NCBI GenBank assembly: GCA_013239625.1 | Contig: MU056000.1 | Coordinates: 12,411,175 to 12,475,174 of the forward strand | DNA length: 64,000 nucleotides | Source: Lama guanicoe | Taxonomy: Eukaryota | Direction of reading: 5' to 3' | Part shown: piece after piece, positions 1-10,475 of the stretch | How the letters are laid out: each line of letters opens with the position of its first letter | Numbering within the stretch: position 1 is the first letter of the stretch | The notes under the pieces: model-generated | What the model saw: only the letters and a program-made list of their open reading frames with translations | Databases searched by the model: none | Told to the model about the DNA's origin: nothing | Program-made: the position numbers and the translations under genes

Positions 1-197
1 AAGCAATGTTTTAACATACATGATGTAAGAATAGAGCGCCTAAAAAGAAACAGATTAATTGTAATTTGTCTCTTAACGAAAGCAGAAAAACAATCACGTT
101 GTATAGGTTTCATAACTGTGGGCTTTTAAAATTAGGTGTTGCATCATCCTTTGATGAACAGCAGACAACTTGGCTCATTCAGGTCGTAAACCATCCT

Positions 198-1116
198 TTA
201 TGGATTTGGAACGTAATAAACTCCTGTAGCTGGAGCACAGAGGTCTGGAATCTGTATTGTTTGAGTTTGCACAAAACCAGTCATTTCTCTCCTTGCACCC
301 CTTCGTTGATTTCTGGATTTAAGAAACTGATGCTCAGTGCTTATCTGCTTTTTCACTGGGCTTCTGTCAAGCCCGTTCTCCGCGTTGCTACTGGAGTCAC
401 TATTGGCAGGGCCCGGCTTTGCCAAGCAGCTCTTGCTTTCCCTAAAGATATTTTCTTTCTGCGTGTACTTTATTAAAAAATGAAATAACTCTAGGTTTGT
501 AGGAAGTTGCAAGTAAAATAAACAGAGACATCCCGTGAACGCATCACCTAGCCTCCCCACCATGGTTACATCTTACGTAACCACAGTAAACTAGCAAAAC
601 CAGGGAACTGACGTTGGTACAATTCATAGAGCTTTATTCAGCTTTACAAACATTCGTGTGTGTGTGTATGCATGTGTGTGTATAAAGTTCAATGCAATTT
701 TACCGCATGTGCATGTGTGTGTAGTCGGAATACAGAATTGTGCCATTACCAAAAGACTTCCACCCGCTACCCCTTTATACCTGACACCCAACTTCTCCAC
801 CAATCTCTTCCTTGTGGCAACCATTAACCTGTTCTCTATCTCCATGATTTTGCTATTTTGAAAATGTCGTGTAAACAGACTCCTACGATCTGTAACCTTC
901 GGAGATGAACTTTTTCACTCAGCCTATTTCCCTTGAGCGCTATCCAAATTGTTGCATGTCTCAAAAGTTCATTTGTTTCAGTGCTGAGCTGTATCCCATG
1001 GTGTGTCTATACCACACTTTGTTTAACCACTCACCCATTGAAGGACTTCTGAGTTATTTCTGCATTTTGGCTGTTATGAATAGCACTGCTAGGAACATTC
1101 TTGTTTAGGATTTTTG
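198..1116 (-). pseudogene. Fossil exon 17, split by an L1MC-like element; last exon visible
   Basis: Acceptor TTTTCTTTGATTTCTTTTATGAGCATTTTGTAATCTAG ending at 1117. Joining 1116-1111 to 468 gives (AA)C AAA AAG TAC ACG CAG, in frame with YTQKENIFRESK...VPNP*. The stop at 198 may be premature. Confidence 0.65.
469..1110 (-). mobile_element. Old L1 3' end (L1MC/L1MD-like)
   Basis: Typical L1M 3'UTR text; antisense peptide MEIENRLMVA. Confidence 0.85.
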
Positions 1117-1476
1117 CTAGATTACAAAATGCTCATAAAAGAAATCAAAGAAAACCTAATAGCCCCCTTTTTAAGGAGAACCAACTCAGTCTCTTCAGCT
1201 GAAAGTCACATTCATCAATCTAATCCTTAGCCTCTTTGAGGGCTCTTAGAAGCCCTCCTGGATTCTGAGTCTAAATTCTTACCCTTTTACTATATGGCAA
1301 GATAAAATACCAATTACTGGCGTGGTTTAGATTTTCATATATGGACTGATGACATATAGCTTTCATCCTTCCCATTGACCCCATCCCTAAAATGTACTGT
1401 TAGGATCGGTGGTTTTCTAAGAGCTATGTGTGTCATAAATAACATAATCCAGTATGGTACCTAACAAACACCTTAC

Positions 1477-2007
1477 TTTTGATTTTCTGTCATGCGACTA
1501 GAAAATTGAACATGATCCATGCAGCTCATATGATATGTCTGCTGGACAGTGACGTCCTGTGAAAAAGTGGAGGCCTGGGGAGGCTCAGGAACTTGCCCCA
1601 AGTCCCACTGTGAACACTTTATGTGATGTCCTCCGTTTGTGCTTATTTTCATTCCAAGGCTGCTTGTGGGCTGTGTGTCAATGTCACTATTTCGTGTTAA
1701 ACTTGTGAAGGCAGGAAGAGATCCTTGTGTTCCTCCTGATGGACCGGTCAGGAACTGTCCAAACCCTTTCGGATGAAGGGGTCCATTTGGGGATGCCATC
1801 CATGCTTTCTTTTTGTGTCTCCTGGATGCCACCGCCATGCAGTAGCCTTGAGGAAACTTTGCCTCCTATGTCCCAGCGGCTACAGATATGTTGTAATGGC
1901 CTCCTATCTTCCATGCTTCTCCTAGGGCTTTTGTTAGTCCTGAAAGCGGATGCCAGTTCCTGTGCTTTTAAGCCCGTCTCAGAATTTGTGTTGTGTCCTC
2001 AACATGT
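1477..2007 (-). pseudogene. Fossil exon 16
   Basis: Acceptor TTAACCAG, donor AA|GTAAGG. Overlapping track ORFs 1687-1914 and 1473-1838 are frameshifted parts of one exon ending MTENQ. Confidence 0.7.
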
Positions 2008-2039
2008 CTGGTTAATATTGGCTAACATTTATTTAGTAA

Positions 2040-2230
2040 TAATCCCCAGTGATGTACTGTGAATTATACTATTTAGTCCTCATAACAACTAAATGAGGTC
2101 CATACTGGCATGGTTCCATTTCACAGATGAGGAAACTGAGAATTAGTGAGATTACATAAACTGCCCAAGATGCACAGGCAGAAAGGGCGTACGCCACAAT
2201 TCTAGTCTTTGCCATCTGACTCTTGAATTC
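2040..2230 (-). mobile_element. MIR SINE
   Basis: Core CCATTTCACAGATGAGGAAACTGAG. Confidence 0.85.
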
Positions 2231-2450
2231 CTGATCCTGACCATGAGTGTGTACTGCTCTTTCAGTGAGAGACTTGCTCTGAACAGAGAAATAAGTCCTC
2301 TATTCACAAGAGGAACTATTCAAAGACCAAATCCTCATATTCTAAAACATCCCCGTAAAACCCGCAAAGCAAAGTGTAACTGCTTGCACCTTGTACGACA
2401 CACCCCACCCCGACACTGTGAGAATCTGTGCTTGATGCCTATGGACTTGC

Positions 2451-2993
2451 CTTCTCTCAATTCAGGGGAAGAGGTGTGTGCCTGCTCGTACCCTCCCAGA
2501 ACGATATTGAAGGGTTTTGCTGTGTGACTCCAAAGTCCTGAAGTTTCTTCAATCTTATCTGAATTTATGAGCTTATTTAAAGTGATTTGTCTGTGCAGAA
2601 GGCTGGTGTCCACGGTCCACCATTGGTGCAAAAGCCTTGGCTATCCTGCTTATCCTGGGATGGTCAAATCTTCGAGCTGAAGGAGATGATTTTCTGCTGT
2701 AGGGGTCAGCAAACGTTCTCTGTAAAGCCCCAGACAGCAAATCCTTGAGACTCTGCAGGTCACACAGCCTTTGTTGCAAATGCTCGGCTCTGCTACCTTG
2801 GGATAAAAGCAGCCATGGACAACAGGTAGACAAATGGTCTTGGCCGTGTTCCAATAAAACTTTATTTACAAAAACAGGGGCTGTAGTTTGCCAACCTCAG
2901 TTCTAGTGAAATGCTTTCCATTCATAGTTGAGGGAAGGGGTCTGGAAGGAGCAGCTTGATCGCTATCAGATGCTGGTTTGTTGTAGAAAAGGT
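2451..2993 (-). pseudogene. Fossil exon 15, split by MER58A
   Basis: Acceptor CTGACTTCTAG. The frame LFYNKPASDSDQAAPSRPLPSTMNGKHFTR|KSSPSARRFDHPRISRIAK is continuous once the element is removed. Ends TSSPELRE with donor AAG|GCAAGT. Confidence 0.7.
2700..2900 (+). mobile_element. MER58A-like hAT DNA transposon
   Basis: TIRs AGGGGTCAGCAAAC / GTTTGCCAACCTCAG; degenerate 8-bp TSD TTCTGCTG / TTCTAGTG. Confidence 0.85.
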
Positions 2994-3514
2994 CTAGAAG
3001 TCAGATCCCCAGGCTATCAGCAGTTTTTCTACTATATTATATTTATTTCTATTTAATTTCCTTCTCCATCTCTTTTTAAAATTGTATAAATTTAAACATT
3101 CAAAAAGAGGTAAAGAATAATGTAAAAAACAGATGCATATGACCATCACCAAGCCTAAGAAAACAAATTACAAATATGATTGAAGCTTTGTGCATCTCCT
3201 TCGCAAGCCCTACCTCCTAGGTAACCATTACCCTGACTTCGATGCTTGGCAGGCTCTTGCTAGTCCTCCTCCTCCTGTATATATATCTTGAAACAATGCA
3301 AACAATAATTTTAGAGATACGTTTTTTCCTCCAAGTAACAAAAGGTTAGAAACCTAAATTACCACTAGCAGAAAAATGGGCAAATTACATTTGGTAAAAG
3401 ATCCAATTTCCCCCCCTAAAATTCCTGATTAGAAAGGTATTGTTTAAAAGAGAATTGGCAACAAGATACACATAGAACATTTTGTGAATCTAAGGCAACT
3501 TGTAAAGATACGGG

Positions 3515-3680
3515 GCCAACTTTCCAGCTGAGTGACCTTGGGCACGTTACTCACCCTCTCTGTGCCTCAATCTGTAACGTTAGAAGGAAAAAGAATGTCC
3601 ACCTCTTGGGGCTGCAGAGAGGGTTAAGGTATATAACGTGCCCACAACAGTGTCTAGAATACAGTGTTAGCTCTTATTGC
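3515..3680 (+). mobile_element. MIR SINE
   Basis: GTGACCTTGGGCACGTTACTCACCCTCTCTGTGCCTCA. Confidence 0.75.
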
Positions 3681-3768
3681 CTTTAACATCCGTAATTTAA
3701 AGTTTCAACTTTTAAGCTTTTATGGTAGGAATGAAGATAATGAAAAGATAACTGCAGATGTTACTTAC

Positions 3769-3886
3769 TTAGATGGAGCTGCCAATTCTCCAGATGGAGA
3801 GCCGGCATACAGTTGGAAATGACTTTGATAAATCAGGCATGTTGTTGAAGGACATATATGCTGAGGGACACGAATTAAGCAAATAG
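3769..3886 (-). pseudogene. Fossil exon 14
   Basis: Acceptor CTAATGTTATCTCTTTTCGTAG, donor GTAAGT; 118 nt, phase 0 to 1; LFA*FVSLSIYVLQQHA*FIKVISNCMPALHLENWQLHL. Confidence 0.75.
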
Positions 3887-4295
3887 CTACGAAAAGAGAT
3901 AACATTAGTTACAATCCACAGATAGACGCCGAGAAGGGAATACAACACTGGGAGTAGCTCAAGAGTGGAAACCAGGGATCCAGCTGCAGACTTCACCGCG
4001 CAGGAGAGGGATCATCTCAGCCAGTTCCAGAACCTCTCCAAGTGGCATCCTTCCCTGTGAAATGTGGGTCACGACTGACCTACTGCTCAGGGTCAGGATG
4101 CGCAACAAAGGAGGCACCACTGTCACTGCTGCTGTTGGGATTATTATGGGAACACGTTTGGTGGCAAAATGGCCCGGGTGGGGTGGACTCAGTTTACGAA
4201 GTGAGTATTCCTCAGAAATGATCCAGTTCTGTGAGAGAAAGTCATCATGATACTGAGATGTGGGAAGAGAAACAGGAACGGTTTAAGGACTCCTT

Positions 4296-4391
4296 TATTT
4301 TTTTCCTTTTTACTGGCAGTGCTGGGGATTGAACCCACATGACTCATGCATGCTAAGTGTGCGCTCTGCCACTGAGTGCTGACCCTCCCCT
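4296..4391 (-). mobile_element. Camelid vic-1-type tRNA SINE
   Basis: Antisense tRNA A/B boxes (GGGGATTGAACCC...CTGCCACTGAG); TSD TAAGGACTCCTT / TAAGGAATCCTT. Confidence 0.8.
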
Positions 4392-4987
4392 AAGGAATCC
4401 TTCTTGTTCGTCCCATGTTTTTCCTCTAAGTGTTCCACCTCAGTCCAAACTTTCCTAGAAAACATTTTTTGTTTGTTTTTTCGTCCCTGTTGTTAAAGAA
4501 AGGATGTGAAGAAACCAGAGGCACAAAAATGTTGCGAAGGATGACGATTAGTTTTGTGCTAAAAAGGCTCAGAAGGTCGGGATCGTTTGGCCCGGAGACA
4601 AGCAGGCTGAGGGAGGCTTAGTGATAATCGTTAGGTGCATGGCAGGTCCTAATGCGGGGAACATGCCCCAGCTTTTCGTCAGTTTCGCAGAGGACAAAAT
4701 TAGTGGACTTGGACTTGAATTAAAGAGGAGGGATTTCACATCTGTAACTGTGATCAAAAGCCACAGCGACCAGCGTTTTCAGGGGGCTACAAAGAGAGAA
4801 TGGGAGTTGGCCTCGAGAGGTTTGAAGGAAAGCAAAAACAAAACGATACCATCAAGATGTGCTTTTGAAGATCTCTTCCAGGCCAGTAGGACTGCTGTTT
4901 GAATCTCACCCTAGGCCAAGAATGTAAAAATTAGTGTAAGACGTCAGACCATTTTCTCATTTTCAGCGCAAGCTGGTATTTTCTCAC

Positions 4988-5363
4988 CGAAAGCTGGGAT
5001 GTTTATCAAGTCCATCCGTTCCTGGAGCCCCTTTCTTCTGGCTTCTGTTCTCCAGCTCCATCCTATGGTTAAACTTCCAGTTAAATCTGCCCCTGCGTGT
5101 TTCTGTCTACTTTTCTTTACTTCTGTTCCATCTCCTGGAACTCATCCTCCTGTCTCCACTCTGAGTCACCTGTCTCCTTCCTTCTTTGTCTAAGTTCACC
5201 GAGCGGCACGTAATTGTTTTTCATTTTTTTATTTCTGTTTCTAGAACTCCAGAATCAAGAGACACCTTGACAGCATCTGTAATCGTCTACCATCACAGGC
5301 ATTTACACTTTGTGCTCCAGATGCCCACATTCCTAAGAAGCATTTATGACATGTATTTCCTGT
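4988..5363 (-). pseudogene. Fossil exon 13 (zinc knuckle 2 plus charged region)
   Basis: Acceptor GCGTTTTCATAG, donor G|GTGAGA; KCF/ECGHLEHKV/NAC, then MKNNYVPLGELRQRRKETGDSEWRQEDEFQEMEQK*RKV...TSQLS, ending in phase 0. Confidence 0.7.
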
Positions 5364-5586
5364 CTATGAAAACGCACAGGGTCAGCCTTTTCATTAAAAT
5401 ATAATTAAAATTCATTCTCGAATTATAACACTTAACGGTACAGTGTGATACACGCAGACGTCTGGAAGGCACTGCCGTGGGTCGCATCTGGCCCTCTTCT
5501 GGTTTTTGTCCCACCTTGTGGGCAAAGAATGGCTTTTACGTTTTATAAACATTTGAAAAAAATGCTAAGTAGGAAGCAACACTTAC

Positions 5587-5639
5587 AGTTGTACCTTCGG
5601 TTCTCCTGCTCTTTAAAGTGATGAAACCATGTGGCAAAA
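5587..5639 (-). pseudogene. Fossil exon 12 (C-terminal half of zinc knuckle 1; acceptor mutated to AC)
   Basis: Tract CTTTTTCTCTAC, then FATWFHHFKEQENRRYN; donor GTAAGT. Confidence 0.6.
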
Positions 5640-5899
5640 GTAGAGAAAAAGCATATAAAGGTGTGCAAGGAGGGAAGTCCTGCCTCATGTCTGGCAAGAA
5701 ATTGATCTGTCCAGAAGTGGAAATTCACATGTAGGAGGATTAAGTGATAATTCTCACAATGTGTTCACAGTAAGCGCTCACAATGTGTGCATATGAATTT
5801 AATAAAGTGCTTTCCTATGACATATATGCTGTGTGTGCGGTGTGTGTGACCATTATAATGCAGGATATATAAACATGTGATTTTTTTACTACAGCTTAC

Positions 5900-5962
5900 A
5901 ATGGACCAGGAGATTTGCATCTCAAGACACAAAGCTATTTTGTTACAATCTCCCCTCCCATC
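5900..5962 (-). pseudogene. Fossil exon 11 (N-terminal half of zinc knuckle 1)
   Basis: Weak acceptor GTGTAG, donor GTAAGC; DGRGDCNKIALC/LRCKSPG. Confidence 0.6.
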
Positions 5963-6271
5963 CTACACATTAGTACGTCATACAACAATCTCTTTCCAGG
6001 ACAACACTACTTGAACTCCTGTTAGGTGCCAGGCACTGTGTTGGGCGCTGACGATGCAAAGAAAAGTGTAGACTGGTCCCTGGCCTTAGGAGATGGCAGT
6101 GAATGAACTAGTGCAAATCGTATCTTCTAAAGCCTTGTTTTCTGCTATCAAAACTATAGGCATATGACCCAGCAATTCCACGTTTAGGTACATACTCCAT
6201 GATTCTAATCATGATTCTAAACATTCTAAGTTCTGCTGGTTCTCCTTGAGTTTAAACTAGCAGTTTGATAG

Positions 6272-6822
6272 TGTGGTGGAGTGTAAAAATGGCCACAAAT
6301 TCTGTCCCTCCCTGCATCTGTGCCCTTGCTGTGTGAACGTGTATCCTCCCATCAAGAGGGGAAGTCTGTTTCTCCATCTCTTGAGTCTGAGCTGAACTTG
6401 TGACTTTCTTTGATCAACAGCATGCGGTGGAAATAATCTGTGTCAGTTCTGATCCTAAGACTCAAGAGGCCTTGCAACCTTTGCGCTTTCTCTCTTCCTA
6501 TGCCAGCCGGAGCTAACCGCCTGCAAGATGAGATGCCACGTGGAAGACAACCATGGTGCCCCAGTCAAAAACCAGCCAACTGCCAGACATGTGAATGAGG
6601 CGAGCGGGGGAGAGCCAGCCTCCAGAGGACCCACCCACCAACCTCAAACCAACAGCTGATCACAGATACATGTGTGACTGTAGCAGAGAACACAGAAGAA
6701 TCACCCAGCTGAGCCCAAACCAAATTACTGACCCATGTCCTTGTGAACTAAATAAAGAACTGGGCTTAGATGGCACTCCATTTTGAGATAATTTGCTCTG
6801 CAGCAAACGTTTGACTGAGGAC
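6272..6822 (+). mobile_element. MLT1F/G-like MaLR LTR
   Basis: AAAATGGCCACAAATTCT...CTTGTGACTTTCTTTGATCAACAG...CCCAGCTGAGCCC...GATAATTTGCTCTGCAGCAA. Confidence 0.8.
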
Positions 6823-6964
6823 AGATCACCATCTTAATTGATGTCTCTTTAGTTTGCCTAATTCAATTAAACTTCTTTTTAATGCAATCACGTGTATATG
6901 AGTTATTTGCTTTCTAATTTGAACTTGAAGTCTTTGATTTTTTTTTTTAAATATTGTAACTCAC

Positions 6965-7071
6965 AAACCTCACGGGTGGGGCAAGCTTTGTTGTTGTTTT
7001 GCTGCATTTTTCTTAGGAACCACATCGAGTGTCACAAAGGCTTGTATTTTTCAGGGTCCAAAGCAAAGCAA
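6965..7071 (-). pseudogene. Fossil exon 10
   Basis: Acceptor GTTTGTTTTTGTAG, donor GTGAGT; frameshifted ALDPEKYKP/FVTLDVVPKKNAAKQQQ. Confidence 0.65.
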
Positions 7072-7359
7072 CTACAAAAACAAACCCTTGAAATTTTCCA
7101 ACCCTTAACGAAACATTGTGACATCTGGTTTCTTGAAGTGTCTTAATGAAAATCAGCTCTAAAGGCAGAGAAAAGCTCAAAGTCTCAAGAAAGAAGAAAT
7201 AGACTTTAGCCCATAGCCTCATCTACTACCTGTTCAAACACATGACTGCAGACATGGTTAAGTAATTTAAAATGAAAGGTAATTCTCTCTCATTCAGCTA
7301 AAGAGAAATCATTCTAAACATTTTCTGTGTTTTTGGACAGTAATTAAAAGGAGTATTTT

Positions 7360-7516
7360 ATTTTATTTTATTTTTAAATTTTTTTGGGGGGGTGAGGGAG
7401 GGAGGTAATTAGGGTTATTTATTTATTTTTAGCTTTGGAGGAGGTACTGGGGCTTGAGCCAAGGAGCTCATATATCCTAAACATGTGCTCTACCACTTGA
7501 GCTGTACCCTCCCCTA
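7360..7516 (-). mobile_element. Camelid vic-1-type tRNA SINE
   Basis: GGAGGTAATTAGGGTTATTT...GAGGTACTGGGG; TSD AAAAGGAGTATTTT. Confidence 0.85.
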
Positions 7517-7807
7517 CAAAAGGAGTATTTTAGGGGATTGGTCCCTATGCCAGAATATGAAAGTTAGAGTCATTTTTCCACCAGACAGCAGTAATGTTGG
7601 GCATAAGTGCCTCATTTGTTTTATGATATTTGTAATAAATGGATAAATCGGAAAATCACAATTGCATTTCCCAAATGGCATGGACAAAAGCCATTATGAC
7701 TGGCAAGAAATTTGGGGGGGGTAAGTTTCTTTCAAAAATAAAACCCCCAAACAGAAAACAGCTGTTTTTAAACACGTGAAGTGCAGAAAGATAAATTCCA
7801 CCCTAAC

Positions 7808-7924
7808 CATTGTTTCACAAAGTGCAAGAACTTCCCAAGGGTCTGTTGTCACTGTAAATGCTTTTGCCCTCGTTAGGAAACTGCAGTATCTCCTCATAAA
7901 GTCTGCTTTTAATTTTCATCAAAC
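7808..7924 (-). pseudogene. Fossil exon 9
   Basis: Strong acceptor TTTTTCATCTTTGCCTCCAG, donor ATG|GTTAGG. One frameshift links two track ORFs into (G)LMKIKSRLYEEILQFLTRAKAFTVTTDPWEVLALCETM. Confidence 0.75.
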
Positions 7925-8289
7925 CTGGAGGCAAAGATGAAAAATATGTCACCCTCTTCTTTGGAATTTTAAAATGATTTATTTTGGCCGGCGTAGAGAA
8001 TATTTCCACATGGACAGCGTTACTCTCCCTGTCATAGAACAACCTGGACTGAGACGTATTTTGAAAAGCCAGCCGAAAAGCCAGTTTCACAAGAAACACA
8101 TGAGATACTTGTGCCAATCTACTGCATGTTAATGGGAGGACAGCAATCGCTCTGTGTGTGTGTGACCTTTTAATAAATATCCCAGAGTCTCCCATTGAAA
8201 AAAACACTCTTTCATGCTGACCCTTTAACAAGAGAACTGAGCAAAATCTCACAGCGAATTAGAGAGTCAATAAAGTCATTAAAAGTAAC

Positions 8290-8453
8290 CTGTCGGATTA
8301 TGAGATGCTCTTTTTTCCTCATTTTTGCTCTTTTGGTAAATGTTATTCTGACCCTTATTTTAAGTTGTCTTACTCTTCTGACCAGCTGAGTCATGACTAA
8401 TGACTTCTCACTAAACGTAACCCCCGTGGAACTCTATGGCTTTCTAGATGCCT
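8290..8453 (-). pseudogene. Fossil exon 8
   Basis: Acceptor TTTGTTATTCTCAAG, donor CAG|GTTACT; ASRKP*SSTGVTFSE/EVISHDSAGQKSKTT*NKGQNNIYQKSKNEEKRASHNPT with one base missing. Confidence 0.6.
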
Positions 8454-8532
8454 CTTGAGAATAACAAACATCAGTGGAAATAGTTTGTTATACATCCGAG
8501 TGGAAATAAAATGAAAATTATTCTCAGTCTAC

Positions 8533-8585
8533 TTGTGTTTATGTCTTTTCGGCTACTGGCTGCTTGCCAAAAGCCCTTGGTCAGC
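8533..8585 (-). pseudogene. Fossil exon 7
   Basis: Acceptor GTGTTTTACACAG, donor GTAGAC; 53 nt, phase 2 to 1; (R)LTKGFWQAASSRKDINT. Confidence 0.65.
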
Positions 8586-8712
8586 CTGTGTAAAACACTA
8601 CTTATTCAAAGTAATGAGCACGCCTTGTTACCCCAAATTTTAACTTCTCACTGTTTAGAGGCATTAAAATAAGCAGACGATGGAATGCTTGTGATAGATT
8701 CTGCATCCTGAC

Positions 8713-8907
8713 CTAACGATTGTGCAACACACTTCCTCCAGCAAACGTTTTCCCCCCAAATTCATCACTTAGAGTGACGCCACCCTTCTTTGGGAGAGAG
8801 CCCCGGGAGCCCCGAGTCAAGGGCCTCCTCTCTGACCTATGACCCAGGCATGACACAGATCTCTGTGGGAAACTGCTGTGGGTGATGGCATCCTCTATTT
8901 CAAGGTT
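8713..8907 (-). pseudogene. Fossil exon 6 (acceptor mutated to AA)
   Basis: Pyrimidine tract TTGTTTGTTTTTCAA, then NLEIEDAITHSSFPQ...TLSDEFGG. A +1 shift in the G run gives KRLLEEVCCTIV(R); donor AG|GTCAGG. Confidence 0.65.
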
Positions 8908-9647
8908 TTGAAAAACAAACAAGGTGAATTTAGGATGCAGGCTTCTGCAAAAAGTGAAGTGGGAGGCTGTTAGGGGTGCTGGTGTAATTGCTCCTTTGGG
9001 GGGATTTTTCACAAAGAGTGTCTCTGGGATCCTGGGATCCCCACAGCAACTAAAGGACTTCTGTTTTGGCCACAAACAGGGAACACAGGATCCAATGATC
9101 CAGCACCCTTTTTGGATCTGTCTGTGCTTCCCCCGTTTTAGTCTGTTTTAGGTAGCTGGTCACGTGGTCATATAAACAGCTACGAGAGCCCCAGAATGAA
9201 GTATGCAGCTGCATTCATTTGGGAAAACGTTTATTGCGCGCCTACCGTGTGGAGGGCTTTGTCCTGGGTCCTGAATGTAAATTGCGGTCTTTGCTGTCCG
9301 TACACAGAGCCCGAGTTCCCTCTGGGACGGGGCGGGCGTGCACGCACACACAGACGCCAGGGAGAGCCCTGCTGGCCTGCGATTCACAAAATCCACACAC
9401 AGTTAGGAAGCCCCTGCTGGAGGATGCAAGCTACAATCTAAGGATGCTCTTGCTGCAAATGTATTCAAATGACGTTCCAGACATGATAGCATGAAAGGTA
9501 CATGAATGTGGGGGCCCGCCGTGGAATCTCTTCCGGGTTCAACTGTCCAGTTGTTCCAATTTATAGGGAGATGTTCTTTAGAACAAGCTAAGCAGGGGTG
9601 TAGGGCTCGCACCTCCTCGAGCTGGTTGAGACAGAATTGTGACCTAC

Positions 9648-9805
9648 CTTGGCCTTTTGTTTTCTTCTAGCTATTTCAATCGTCATAGCAGGTGGAAGTG
9701 AACTGGGGAAATCAGAGCTTCTCCTCATTTAACACTGGTTTCTGACTCTAGCATTCTTCTTTCAGAACTTTGGGTGGGTCACAGATTTCTTAAGCTTCAG
9801 TTTAT
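9648..9805 (-). pseudogene. Fossil exon 5
   Basis: Acceptor CTCTATCTCCAG, donor AAG|GTAGGT; 158 nt, phase 1 to 0; KLKLKKSVTHPKF*KKNARVRNQC*MRRSSDFPSSLPPAMTIEIARRKQKAK. Confidence 0.75.
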
Positions 9806-10084
9806 CTGGAGATAGAGCATGGATTTCCTTCTTACGTAGACTCCTCAGTATTACAACACAGGGCAATTCCAGGCCCACTACTGTCTAGTTTAAGGTCTGG
9901 ACACTTGACTGAGATCAGCTCATACAGAGGAACTGGCGGTAGAAGCGGGGTCGCAGGGATGGAGTAGCAGGTTCCAGCCCTTCTGCCTTCATGGGGGCAA
10001 CAACCCTTTTTTTCTTGATCCCAAGCTCCCCAAAGTTACTGACCTTGAGCAATATCCTCCAGGCTGTGTGTAGGGCTTCTTTAG

Positions 10085-10200
10085 GCTGGGGGACCAGCTG
10101 TCCTGGTTTTTCCAGAACTGTCCCAGTTTCAGTCCTGAAAGTTCATGCAGCCTAGGAATGGCCCCCAGTCCTGGGGAAATCAAGAGAGCTAGCCCACTCT
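10085..10200. mobile_element. MER81-like hAT MITE
   Basis: GACCAGCTGTCCTGGTTTTTCCAGAACTGTCCCAGTTTCAGTCCTGAAAGT. Confidence 0.65.
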
Positions 10201-10259
10201 CAGCTCTGAGAGAAATACTGAGCACAGAATGGCTCTGTAGTCAAAAAACTTTAGAAACT

Positions 10260-10366
10260 GGGGGTAGGGTATAGCTCAGTGGTAGAGTGCGTGCTTACCA
10301 TGCATGCGGTCCTGGGTTCAATCCTCAGTGCCTCCATTTAAAAATAAAAGAAAACAAAACCAAACC
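10260..10366 (+). mobile_element. Camelid vic-1-type tRNA SINE
   Basis: GGGTATAGCTCAGTGGTAGAG...CCTGGGTTCAATCCTCAG followed by an A-rich tail. Confidence 0.9.
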
Positions 10367-10475
10367 AAAAAACTCGAGAAATGGCTTCCTACAGTTTTCA
10401 CCTTTTAGAGATATAAAAGAGAATACATGGAGGCACTTGATGAGTTCTCCAGCAAGTACACCTGTTAAAACTTAC

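Noticed and set aside
66-2062. Plus-strand ORFs 66-476 and 1727-2062
   Set aside because: Antisense shadows of the minus-strand fossil exons; no plus-strand gene structure.
198-3886. Faint resemblance of some frames to TERB2 (IYQS, MTGFV, LQEFI)
   Set aside because: The words fall in inconsistent frames, and size and exon structure do not fit; probably chance.
5587-5639. Alternative frame LPHGFITLKS resembling an RRM RNP1 motif
   Set aside because: No room for the rest of an RRM; the FATW frame fits the split knuckle better.
7808-7924. LYEE...AFTVTTDPW resembling the hAT transposase catalytic motif (ALTTDxW)
   Set aside because: The downstream transposase core is absent, and the context is a spliced knuckle protein.
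9160-9350. GC box and E-box as a promoter for the fossil gene
   Set aside because: Lies in fossil intron 5 and overlaps an L2-like fragment; coding exons continue upstream.
10260-10335. tRNA-like sequence
   Set aside because: SINE head with an A-rich tail and multiple diverged copies; not a tRNA gene.
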